From Chara braunii (Eukaryota > Plantae > Charophyceae), in the NCBI GenBank assembly GCA_003427395.1, contig BFEA01000021.1:3853064-3917063 (forward strand): a DNA stretch of 64,000 bases, in the 5' to 3' direction. Below the pieces are notes generated by a model, which was not told the DNA's origin, made no database searches, and saw only the letters and a program-made list of their open reading frames with translations. Positions within the stretch are counted from its first letter, which is position 1, and each line of letters begins with the position of its first letter. Positions 36,208-48,655 of this stretch are shown here, piece by piece. Position numbers and translations under genes: made by a program.

Positions 36208-36732
36208 TAACAAGCGGGTACTTGACAATTGTGGCTCCGTGATGTGAATGACAGCATCGCACCCCTCACAATGCAACACCAGTGAGCTGTTATAACAGGC
36301 TAAAGTGCAATGGCACACCGCGCAGCTGTTAAATCGGAATCGAGATACAAAGGGACAAAACAAAAAGAAAATAATAGGCGCGTGGAACAAAAGACAATAA
36401 CACAATCCAAAGAGATTTCTTGCCCGGAATGACTCATAAACCAATAAGTTATGTATTCGAGGAAAATGAATGTCTGGACCGAATCCAGAGCATCCCTGCC
36501 ACTGGCACCACCCTTGGCCCGATGTTGTCAATTTCTCATAGAGCCTGCAACTTCATTAAGTTCATTTTAACCTGCACAACCAACCAACACATGCCATGCA
36601 CATCCACAGTTGTTCTCAGCCCATGCACTCACAACCCCCTCATTCGCCCTTTCCCCTCAATCCCCTCGTTCGCGCTTTCCCCTCAACCCCCTCGTTCACC
36701 CTTCCCCCGATGGGTTCATTCAGATCTAATGC

Positions 36733-37610
36733 AGAACTTTTGCTAATGTAGACGAATATCAGAAATTTTCATATATGATTATGTTGAAACGAAATGCAAG
36801 TATCTGAAATTTTAGATATTATTGCGTTGAAACGAAATGCAAGCATCAGAAATTTCAGACAAAACGAGATGCTCTTGTCACAAATTTTCAGATGCTTGTT
36901 GAGTAAAAACGAAATACTAATATCAGAAATTTTCAGATCTAACGAAATGCTAGTATCAAGAATTTTCAGAATTTGTTGCGAAAAGAAAAAAAATAAGAAA
37001 AAAAAAATTCGGATATTTGACGAAGTCCTGCTTGATTTACTAATCACCGATCAATAGATCAAGCAAGCCATGTACTTTGATTGAGCGGGTCCTCTGATTG
37101 AGAGGTCCGCTCCGATGCCAAACTGTTGCATACCATACAGGTGCAAGACAGAACAAGAACCGCCCATAATAACAGCAAAACTTTTGCTACGTAGACGAAT
37201 ATCAGAAAATTCGAAATGCTTGATATCATAAAAACGAGATGCTACTTTCAGAAATTTTCAGATATTATTGCATTGAAACGAAAATGCAAGTATCAGAAAT
37301 TCCAGACAAAATGAGATGCTCTTGTCACGAATGTTTAGAAGCTTGCTGCGAAAAAACGAAATACTAATATCAGAAATTTTTAGATCAAACGAAATGCTAG
37401 TATCACAAATTTTCAGATATTTTTGCGAAAAGAAAGAAAATAAGAAAAATAAAATTCAGAGATTTGACGAAGCCCTACTTGATTTACTAATCGCCGATCA
37501 ACAGATCAAGGAAGCTATCTACTTTGATTGAGCGGGTCCTCTGATTGACAGGTCCGCTCCGATACAAAACTGTTGCGTACCGTACAGGTGCAAGACAGAA
37601 CAAGAACTGA
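36733..37610. repeat. Two ~440-bp tandem units built from GAAATGC/ATCAGAAATTTTCAGA subrepeats, inside the hAT element
   Basis: 36733-37160 aligns with 37177-37610. Confidence 0.85.
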
Positions 37611-37784
37611 CATCGCTCACGAAGTCTAAGACGGCGTAGAGGAAGACTGAGATACCGATGATCCGAACAATCAATGTTGCAAGGCAGTCTCAACATACCT
37701 CATCATCGCATAAGGGTGTGAAGGGTCTGGCGCTCACACAGGAAGAAGGCGCCGAACCCAAGCATGCACAGACGAAGAGGAGGG

Positions 37785-37793
37785 GAATCAATC

Positions 37794-37827
<34 letters not shown>

Positions 37828-37879
37828 GGATCCGAACATCAATAGATTCGGCGGGATTGATTTATTGATTGTTTGATTG

Positions 37880-37914
<35 letters not shown>

Positions 37915-38155
37915 AATTCGGTAAAGGCGGAAAAAAAAAAAAAAAAAGGGACGAATGCGGGGGCGAGAACTCTGACAACAACGGGGTTCAACATTGTGGC
38001 GAGATGGTGAAGGAGGAGGAGTTCCCGACAATGGGGGACAAGGACGACGGAGAAGGAGGATGGAGGGGGGGTGAGGTCCCGACGTAGGAGGTCACGATGG
38101 AGGAGGAGGAGGAGGAGGAGGTCCCGACCAACCGATCAATCAATCACTCACTCAC

Positions 38156-38189
<34 letters not shown>

Positions 38190-38263
38190 CCGTCGAATCT
38201 ATTGATTCGACTGGATCTTGACAGTTCAAGATCCTATCGAATCAATAGATTCGACGGGATTCC

Positions 38264-38353
<90 letters not shown>

Positions 38354-38677
38354 CGGTAAATGCCAAAAAAAAAAGAAAAAAAAAAGGGTCGAGCGCGGGG
38401 GCGAGAACTCTGACAACAACGGGGTTCGACATTGTGGCGAGATGGTGAAGGAGGAGGAGTTCCCGACAATGGGGGACAAGGACGACAGAGAAGGAGGACG
38501 GAGGGGGGGTGAGGTCCCGACGTAGGAGGTCACGATAGAGGACGACGAGGAGGTCCCGACATAGGAGGAGGTCATGATGGAGGAGGAGGAGGAGGTCCCG
38601 ACATAGGAGGAGGAGGAGGAGGAGGAGGAGGAGGTCCCGACGTTGGAGGAGGAGGAGGAGGAGGTCCCGACCAACCG

Positions 38678-38754
<77 letters not shown>

Positions 38755-38879
38755 GGAATCCCGTCGAATCTACTGACTCGATAGGATTTTGAACTGTCAA
38801 GATCCAGTCGAATCAATAGATTCGACGGGATTGACTGATTGATTGATTGATTGATTGATCGATCGATTGATTGATCGAT

Positions 38880-38950
<71 letters not shown>

Positions 38951-39332
38951 CTGATTGATTCGGTAAATACCAAAAAAAAAAAAAAAAAAAAAGGGTCGAG
39001 CGCGAGGGCGAGAACTCTGACAACAACTGGGTTCGACTCTTTGGCGAGATGGAAAAGGGGAGGAGTTCCCGACAGTGGAGGACAAGGACGACGAGGTCCC
39101 GACGGAAAAGGAAGACGGAGGAGGTCGCGATGGAGGAGGAGGAGGAGGTCCCGACGTAGGAGAAGGTCACAATGGAGGAGGACGAGGAGGTCCCGACGTT
39201 GGAGGAGGAAGAGGAGGAGGAGAAGGAGGAGGAGGAGGAGGTCCCGACTATGGAGGAGCAGGAGGAGGAGGAGGAGGGGGAGGAGGAGGTCCCGACGTTG
39301 GAGGAGGAGGAGGAGGAGGTCCCGACCAACCG

Positions 39333-39373
<41 letters not shown>

Positions 39374-39470
39374 GGAATCCCGTCGAATCTACTGATTCAA
39401 TAGGATCTTGAACTGTCAAGTTCCAGTCGAATCAATAGATTAGACGGGATTGATTGATTGATTGATTGAC

Positions 39471-39511
<41 letters not shown>

Positions 39512-40202
39512 CGGTAAATGCCAAAAAAAAAAAAAAAAAAAAAGGGCCGAGCGAGGGGGCGAGAACTTTGACAACAACGGGGTTCAACTTTTTGGCGAGA
39601 TGGAGAAGCGGGAGGAGTTTCCGACAGTGGATGACAAGGACGATGACGTCCCGACGGAGAAGGAAGACGGAGGAGGAGGACGTCTCGACGTAGAAGGAGG
39701 TCACGATGGAGGAGGAGGAGGGGGTCCCGACGTAGAAGGAGGTCACGATGGAGGAGGAGGAGGAGGTCCCGACGTTGGAGGAGGAGGAGGAGGAGGAGGA
39801 GGTCCCGACTATGGAGAAGGAGTGGGAGGAGGAGGAGGAGGTCCCGACGATGGAGGATGTGGAGGAGGAGGAGGTCCTGATGGCGGAGGTACCGACGGAG
39901 AAGGAGGACGGAGGAGGAGGAGGTCCCGACGTAGGAGGAGGTCCCGACGTAGTAGGAGGTCCCGACGTAGGAGGAGGTCCCGACGATGGAGGAGGAGAAG
40001 GAGGAGGAGGAGATCCCGACTATGGAGGAGGAGGAGAGGGAGGAGGAGTAGGAGGTCCCCGCGATGGAGGACGTGGAGGAGGAGGAGGAGGAGGAGGTCC
40101 CGACGGCGGAGGTCCCGACGGAGAAGGAGGACGGAGGAGGAGGAGGTCCCGACATAGGAGGAGGTCACGATGGAGGAGGAGGAGGAGGTCCCGACGTTAG
40201 AG

Positions 40203-40266
<64 letters not shown>
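37785..40266. repeat. Compound minisatellite: four units of (TCAA)n-palindrome-(TTGA)n plus poly(A) plus (GGA)nGGTCCCGAC repeats; ends in (GA)n
   Basis: Direct inspection; units start near 37790, 38135, 38675 and 39330. Confidence 0.9.
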
Positions 40267-40270
<4 letters not shown>

Positions 40271-41141
40271 CTGGTGGTCGCCCACCTGGTATGTTGCCGT
40301 TCTTCGGCCTTGTCGTCGCCAGCCTGAGCACCTCCTGAATCCTGAATGCAAAATCTCAATTGCCTCAGTCTCCACGTGTCGCACCTGCAAAGCCAACGAA
40401 GGGGAGTTATGGAGGATGGAGACGACAACGGGCGGCCACGAGGACGAGGACGACAACTGGCGGCAACAGTGGGGTACAACAACTGGCGGCAACAGTGGGT
40501 GGCGGCGTCGATGTTCGGGTAGCAGCGCGGCCGTCAAACGGTTGGGCGCCAGTCGACTAGTCGGGGTAGTCCGATACAATGTCGCGCCAGGAATCGCGAA
40601 TGAATGTGGACGTAGAACAGGGTTACAGGGGTACATCAGCACATGAAACACTTTTTTTTTTTTGCCAAGGGGTGACTGACTCGAAGTCGGCCAACGGCTC
40701 GAAACATTTTACCCTCCGGCCGCCGGCGGGAATCCCAAGGAGGCAGCGAAAACCAAAAAAAAAGGGCCTATGACCTCACATGGCGGGAAAGGGCGGGGGG
40801 GGAAGGGCTGGGAAGGGGGAAGGTGGGAATAGAAGGTGTACTGATCCACGGTTACCCGAGTGGATCCTCTACCTGCCCGTACCCGCCCCCGATTTTTTTT
40901 TTTGTCGCCCGTACCTGTCCGTACCGGTTCGCGGGCCTATGTTTGGCTGGCCCTACCTACCCGTCCAATCCATAAATGCTAACTGTGCCTACTCGTCAAC
41001 TGCAAAAAAAAAAAAAAAGCCCGCCCATAACCAACGCCCCCTTCGGAAAGGGGCACCCACACCTACCCGTGACCTGGCGGTTACCGTTGGGTGCGGTCGG
41101 GTACGGGTAACGGTTACCCGTTCGCGCTCTCTGGCTCGTAC

Positions 41142-42947
41142 CCCCTTGGTGCTGGCCATATAGGATGCGTGACGCAGCTAGGCACCCTCAGCGACCATTC
41201 ATTTATGTGGAGGCGGAAGTCCTCCTCCTGGTCCAAGAACCCATCGACTAGTGGGGGTATCCTCAATTGATTCTTGATTCGCCCCGTCCCAGTTGATACG
41301 GCTCAATCCATCTGCCCTGTTTTTGTCCTCGGGAATCCTTTCCAACTCAAAGTTAAACATCCAAATGTAAGTCAACCACCTTGCGATGGTTCGGTCAGAT
41401 GGAGTATAACTTTTCAAGGAACACGCAAGCGCAGTAGGGTCCACCCTCAAAATGAGCCTCCTGCCAAAGATATAGTTCCAGAAGGTCCTTAGGCAATGCA
41501 GCACCGCCAAGGTCTCCTTCTTAAATTGGGAGTAATTCCTCTCAATCGTATTGAGGGTACGACTTTCAAACCTTAACGGCCTCTCCTTCCCATCCGCATC
41601 CGCCTGAATCAGGACCCCTCCTAAGGCAGTTGGTCTGGCGTCCGTCTCGATAACGAATGGCTTTTCCTCCGTGGCCTCATAATTCGGCGCTCCCAGCACC
41701 AAGCCTCCTTCCTTGAATTCTCTCTTCATCCTTTCCACAACCTTTTCCTGGTCTTCGCCCCAGACCCACTCCTGATCCTGACGGACCAGCTTCCTCAACT
41801 GCTCCGTCTTGGTGGCGAAGTCCTTCACAAAACTCCTCCAAAACCCGCAGGTCCCAAGGAAGCTCCTCACGTCCGTTATTGACTGACCACTTTAGGATCT
41901 TGTCCGTTTTCTTCACATCTGGCCTCCGCCCCTTCTCATTGCAAACAAAGCCCAGAATCGTGGCCTCCCTCATACAATGCTTCGACTTGGGGCCTCTCGC
42001 CGTCAGGTTGTGTTCTTCCAACAGACCCAGAATCTGATCGATATCCTGGATGTGCTTCCAGACGAACCGCCTCACTCCTGGCATCACTTCGTCCTCCTCC
42101 TCCTTTGTGCCTTAACTGCCAAATCATCAATGTCGGGCTGGGTAATATGTGGACTAACCGTCTGCATGGCCCTAATCATGTGCCTTTGCACCATCGCCAC
42201 CGCATTAGTCCACCCCTAAGGGGCCACATTCATGTGGATCAGCCCCCTTGGCGTATACATCGCCGTTACCGGCCTATCCAGCGGGTACACAGGAAACTGG
42301 TCATACCCAGTATAGAGGTCTATAAGTGAGATTATAGGTCTCCCTGCGCATGACTCTGACAGAGCGTCCACGTTCGGCAATCCTCCCGCGTCTCGCACCG
42401 TCACTGCATTCAATCGTTGCAAATCTTGCACCCACCGTAGCGTTTCGTTTGGCTTAATAAAACAAAACCAGGGGGAGGCATACGGTCCACTGGAATAGTC
42501 TGCCACATAAGTCTGCATCTTCCCGTCCAGGTAGTCCACCACCTTCTTCTCTTCATCGGGATTTGGGTATCGCGCAACCCTCAGGTTCCATGGCTCGTGT
42601 GGGACGGTATGGATCCGAATCATTGGGATCTTATCCACGTCCAACCTCCCAGGCTCGTCATCGTTAAACGTATACGCGCAATACCTCCTCTTCATGGTCT
42701 CCACCATCAAGGTCCTCTCCTCGGGCGAAAGGAAGCCAGGCTCGCCAATTATCAGCCCTTTCTCATTCTCATCATTAATACGGCACGGCCCTGCCTGCGC
42801 ACGCTCCCGCATTCGTCTGATGAGTCCCCGCTCCCGCTCGTAATAGGCCTCTTCATGCTCTGTAACAAGCACGGGGACTGGGCGACACTTCTTATCTATA
42901 GTCTTGTACCGCCTTTGAGAACCCTGCTTAAGCCCTCCCCTAAAAAA
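41142..42947 (-). pseudogene. pol: Element B RT and RNase H (5' part of pol)
   Basis: LIDLYTGYDQ, mutated YIDD (reads DIDD), RSFLGTCGFWR, FVIETDA, ERNYSQFKKETLA. Confidence 0.95.
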
Positions 42948-45002
42948 GGCCGACTTGTCGTTCGGGCCTGCGCCATCGCAGGGTCCCCTTTCCTTCCGGG
43001 AAGCCTATAGATTAGCTCCACTTCTCCCACCTGAGGGCTCTCCAAGACCTACTCCCTCAATGCCTTTATGGCTTCAGGGTCCGCCATATCATGCGCCACC
43101 ACCACCTCCATTGCCTTATTCACATCATTAAGGCTCAGGGACAATACCTCGCCCGCTCCTTCCTCCTCCTGCTCCTTCCGGAGTCTCCGTCGCGCATACT
43201 CAGACTCCTCGAAGGTAAAGGAGCCGAGGTTGAGCCTGTTCCTCCCACTTCCGGGCCCTGTGTTCCGACACTTGATGATTTCGTAATTCCCGCAAGCCGG
43301 ATCGGACAGAGCCAGGATCATCGTCCCCTCATGCCTGTTGAAGACCAAGGTCTTCGTTTGGCAGAGGAACGACCTCCCTAGAAGGATAGGGTGGTCGACA
43401 TCGGGCATGACGAAGAAGCACATTCGCGCCCTTACCCTCCCGATCTCCACCATCACATTAGACGAGGTGCCGCAGAAAATGGCCTTGCAGTTGGCGCCGT
43501 GCAGCACACCATGGTCCGAATGATCCACCTCCAGCCCCATCATAGTCGCGTCCCGCTCCCGGATGATATTCATCTCCGCGCCCGTGTCCACCATTGCAAT
43601 GCTCGGCTGGTCCCTCACCTTCAAGTCCACCAACCCGCACGCCACACATTTCCAATCCATCCTGGTGCCCGCCTCTATCCACTCTATCTCCCTGGGCAGA
43701 ATTGAGCTCACGTGGACGTTGGGCACTAGCCTCCGCGAGAGCCGCCCCTTTAGCTCGCCACGGAGTCTAGGCGCCGACGCCAGGATGTCTTTTAAATTCA
43801 TCAGATCATTGTGGCCTTCCAAGAGTTTGTCCACCATTCGCTCCACGTCAAAGCCCTCTTACAGCCAGACTGCGTACTTCTTCCATTTTGGCACACCATC
43901 GTGCAGGCTCGGCTCCGCTCCTCCCTGAATCCCTCTCTTCTTGGCCCTCTGCTCAGCTCGCCGATCTTCTTCCTGGCGAAGCCTCTCATCCTCTTCGTCA
44001 TCACCCTCATCTTCCTCTTCTTGAACCTCTACCACTTCTTTCCTTCGTTCAGGCTCAGGCTCCTTTTGAGGAGACGCCCGACTAGGTGCCTGGCTGGGCC
44101 CTTGACTGGTGGTAGCCTTACTTTGGGCCCTAGTCTGCGCGGCCTGGGGCACCCTTCCATGTGACGTAGGGGGCCTGAAGGTCATCTCTGACCTAGGACC
44201 TGCCCCGGCCATCGCCACGCTTGGACACCCTTGCGGTCCTGATGATGACTCCGGGCCGGACCCATAGAGCATTACCTCAGGAAGATTCATTTCCCATTCC
44301 CGGGTCTCTTCGCACATCACCCTTTGCCGTTCCTTATACCTGCCAACCTGTGCTCCATCCTTTCCAGGATGGTCGAGGCTGACTCTCTCACCACCTCCTT
44401 TGCAGCCTCATTTGGTGCTGCTCCACCTGGTCCAGGCTCCCTTCTTCCACTCCCTTGTCAATGGTTGCCCAGGTGAGCCTCTCACTCCCTTCCCCATACT
44501 TGGTCAGCTCTGTGGCCTCCGAGCCCATAAGCAGCCTAAAAAATGTGGCGCACTGTGCCTCCTCAGAAATCCCGTGCACTTTCCTCGCCCTTTTCTTAAA
44601 CTCGTGCACGAACGCCCCAATGGTAGAGAAGTCTTACTTGTTCATGGCCTCCAATTCGGCCATGGTCAACAGGCCGTCCCCCAGCCTGTACTTCCTTCGC
44701 ATTAGATCCCCAAACTTTGTCCAACTGCCACCAGCGGCATCCACAACCTTAGTTACTTCCCGATGGTGACTATGCAGGACGTACCTCAGGACCCGCTGGA
44801 GCTTGACCTCATCTGACAGTCCCACTAGCGCCTGCTCTGTCAGATCCAACCAGTCAGATACCCGATCCCCTTTGAAGTGAAATGTCTCGACCTTTGGAAC
44901 ATTGCTCGGCGCCCTCTCGCGCTTGTCCAAGGCATCGATGAGGTCGTCGAGGGTCACAAGACTCCTCCCACCGTCCGCCATCTCCTCTGGCATTTTGGCC
45001 AA
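42896..45002 (-). pseudogene. gag: Element B gag-protease (internally deleted, stops)
   Basis: ETFHFKGDRVSDWLDL..SWTKF, similar to A Gag; protease AMVDTGAEMNI...PILLGRSFL. Confidence 0.9.
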
Positions 45003-45328
45003 CCGCCTTCGACTTCAATCTTCCCGTTACAAAAGACGATGGGACAAAGGACCTCACTCAGCGACTCAACCCTTCACGACCCTATCAGGTTGACCACTTA
45101 GACACCCCATACTCTACACCTGGCAGACACTCCTTTTCCTATTTCCCTTAGACTCACCTAGATAAGGTTTATCCTCACCATAGAACTTCCTCACTCACTT
45201 GCCCACAGTCGTATAGATCACCATACGGTTCATCTCATAGTCCTTCTCTTACTCACTCATATGCCTAGTTTCTCTCTTACTCCCATACCTGGATGTTGTT
45301 CCACCAGGGACAACGGTAGGCTTCCGTT

Positions 45329-45347
45329 ATCCCCGGCAACGGCACCA
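45329..45347 (-). promoter_or_regulatory. Primer binding site, tRNA-Asp (element B)
   Basis: ATCCCCGGCAACGGCACCA (one mismatch to the tRNA-Asp 3' end), followed by CC and TGTCGAGCGC. Confidence 0.92.
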
Positions 45348-47981
45348 CCTGTCGAGCGCATCGGTCCAGCACCGCACGCGGCGGCGCGGGACCCTCTCGG
45401 CCGCGTCACGCAGGAGTTGGATCAACCTCAACATAACACGCCAATGGAGTTTCCTTAGGCCGCTCCGGCCGAGTTCGCCAGCCATACCTCTCGCGAGCCC
45501 CTACGACAGGATAGGGCCTAAGCGAGGCACGACTTACCTCCACCTTACGGGAGTTGTCACCTCCCATCGGTGGGCGTATCCCCGCCGAGCTACCAGTCCA
45601 CGATACGAAAGCTGATCAGTTGCAATCGCAGAGGTGTACCAGCCGAGGGCGTTTCTCGTTCGCTGTAGCATAGGGGGTACGCGCGGTAACACGCCTATCG
45701 GTCCCGCACGCGAGCCGACATCCTGGGGGGCTGAAGTCCCAAGCACGGCTCGACGTCGGTCGACTAGGACGCATCCCACACACCACGCGCACACCACTCT
45801 ACGAACAAAAAGAAAATAAAACATGCGCACACACGCACACGCACGTACAACGCGACACAGCACAAACAGCACCACACAACACGAGCAACGCGACAACGCT
45901 CCTAGCCCCCTGGTAGCCATCCCATAACTCTCCGATGCGGAAATCGGATAGGCGTCGCGCGTGAGACTTTGTATAAAGCCGCGCGGGCGCGGGGCTAACT
46001 CACATTGATTCGTAATGCAAGCGTACGAAAGCGGTCGCAATGATGGCGTATCATGTAGTACCCATACTCACGCGGTCCTCGTTAATCTCAAGGGTCGCGT
46101 TCGACACTCAAGTGTCNGCTGACACGTGCCTTGAGGGTTAATCTCTCGANGCTGGACAACCGCCATGCGCGGTTGAAAACCACACACCCTCTTCTGCACT
46201 CTTATGCAGAGCGGGTGGTACACAGGCCCAAAGCCTGTGGTGGTAGTCGTCTCTCGCGGCCCTAGGGGTAAGTCCTCCCCGAGGCCTGTGCGAAAGTCAA
46301 GGGGTTTGACTTTGACGGCTGCCACGGACTACAACGTCCAACCATAAAAATCCCTAACGAGCAGACGGGGCAAACACGAAAGCAAGAAGAGGGGCTAGGG
46401 CAAAGCCCCCCCCCCCTTTTCCTTAAAAGGAATCGAGACCTTGGGTTACCCTCCCCCTCTACGGTTGGTGCCGGCGGCCTACAATAATCCAAGCGTTGCA
46501 CCTACGTGCGAGCCCGGCGATCCCATAACTTTTAAACGCTGGGGCGGCGAGGTGCCGCACGCAGGGCTCTGATATAAAACTGCGCGGCCGCAGACCAATC
46601 CTACACCAACCACTGATGCCAATCATACATGGTAGCCGCGGCTCCGGCCTCACGATATTGAATGGCTGAAGGAACACATTGCGAGGGGTTACCCCTCACG
46701 ATATTGAACGGCTGAAGGACGCGCCGTTCGGCCCTCGCGACATTTCCACCTTTCAGGTGAAGTGTCCCGCCGGCCAAAGTAAACAGGCTCTATATAAGGG
46801 GGGACTCCCCCCCTTCAGGGCTTGGGGCTTGGGATGTCCTGGACAAGGACCTTGAATCCCGGCCCAGGACCAACGTCCAACCAAAAAAGCCCCAAGACGA
46901 AAATAGGCAGAGGGGAGGGTCCTCCCTATCTTTCGATCCCAACTCTTACGCGGTGTTTAAAGTGGCCTCTTAGGCCTCTCGAACACTCATCGTACGTATA
47001 CCCACGCATACACACAAAAGGGGGGTAGAGTTGTGACGATCACTTCTCACAAGCACAGTGGGGCTCCTCACAACCATGTATATATATATGGAGTCGCAAA
47101 CAGTCCAAATCCAAAATCCGAATCACAGGACATACCTGCAATCACATCAAGAATCAAACGACAAGGCACGCACTACACGGAGTCAACCCCGACCTTTCTC
47201 TATGCTCATACCCCTTCGCTTTAGCCATACAAGCCCCAATCGCCGATCCGGCTAACCTCAATTAAATACTCTGTACCTTTGTTAAATGGCCATTCAATAA
47301 AAATCCGGGTGAAACCCTCAACAAATAGTAAAACCACCAGGGCTAAAGCCTTTTCGGTTGAGTATGGAGAGTGAGGTGGGATTGAGTCGAAGACCGACAA
47401 ATCGGCAACTGACCTGTTATCAGTGACAACATGAGATACAAGGCTAAGTTTAAAATCTGAAACTATCTCTGACCTCCCAAAGCCCAATTTTGTCTAACTC
47501 CCCGAATTAGCAAAAATTTGGGCAGCACTCATTCTAGAAAAGGAAACTTTCCAGACTTTTACCAAGTAGGATATGACGAAAAGACAAGTTGAACTTTGAT
47601 AAGTCAAAAATTATCTAACTCCTTGAATCTATAGAAATTTCTGCAGCGCTTCCCTTAGGAAAAGTAGCTTACCAGAATTTATACTGGTCCAAGTACAGTG
47701 ACGAGCCTCAGAAAATGCAAAAATCGATCTAAGTAAAATAAAGTTAGCTCATAAAATGCAAAAATTGACCTAACTCCTATTGCTCTAGCACGTGGCGAGT
47801 CTCTAAAGCAACTACCTGTCAACCTGAAACCCAGACCAATTAGTAATCTCGCTTAGCCACATGCAGGCCAAACCACAAAGGTAAGTACTCTCACCATCCC
47901 CAAGCCAATCCGAGCAAACAATAGTTCATGATCTTTCAGTGAGTTATCCCCTCATACCCAACTTACATAAGGCATAGGTCA

Positions 47982-48655
47982 GGGCACCTGAACTTACAGA
48001 GCTCGCCCAACTTAGCCAGGCCCAAAGTCAGAATACCTAAACTTATAGACGTTCTGACCTGGCCAGGTATACATAAACAGAGGGCACAACTACTTTTCTC
48101 TTCTTTGGGCGTATGACTAGACCACTCTAGTCGCCCTGAACTGTTTAAATAGCCAACTTATGTATACCTCTCTGAACTTAGTCTTCAAAGGGACATAAGG
48201 TTGAGCCGCTCAACTTGGAACATTGCTCAGCCTGCCCACATTTACCTTCAGTTATATCTCTAAATTATACTTTCTTCAATTGTGATAAGCTATAGTCAGG
48301 CTACCTAAACTTATAGAGCGGCCTGGCTAGCCTGTTCATAATAGCATAGTAATACTGTATAGCCAAGTTATATCCATTGGGTTACAACATGTGCGAGGCA
48401 TTGGGTCAGACCACCTAAACTTATAGAGCGGTCTGATCCTTAGCCAGGATTATTCCCTCAGAACGAAAACAGGAGAAGGGCCGAACCACCTAAACTTATA
48501 GAGCGGTTCGGACCTCCTCATTCAGAATCAAAGAAACTGAGAGAACTCCAAACAAAACGAGGCACCTATACTTATAGAGCGCCTTGGGTCCCTGAAAGTC
48601 ACTCACAGTCAAACCCTCACAGGTCAGCGCAGCCAGGACACCTAAACTTATACAA
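47982..48655. repeat. Array of ~7 stem-loops with conserved loop ACCTAAACTTATAGAGC
   Basis: Copies at ~47982, 48027, 48293, 48403, 48479, 48558 and 48637 (partial). Confidence 0.88.

Larger units (their letters stand above)
32968..41133 (-). mobile_element. hAT-superfamily DNA transposon (8166 bp) inserted between RNase H and integrase of B
   Basis: 8-bp TSD GCTCGTAC at 32960-32967 and 41134-41141; imperfect TIRs CAGAGTTCGCAAC / CAGAGAGCGCGAAC; subterminal (T)ACCCG/GTACC repeats at both ends; pol sequence continues across the insertion. Confidence 0.93.

Noticed and set aside
38226-40651. Long Ser-, Glu- and Gly-rich ORFs
   Set aside because: Translation products of (GGA)n, (TCAA)n and (GA)n simple repeats.
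47982-48655. CRISPR-like repeat-spacer appearance (also 15541-16270)
   Set aside because: Eukaryotic LTR context, irregular spacing, degenerate repeats and no cas genes.
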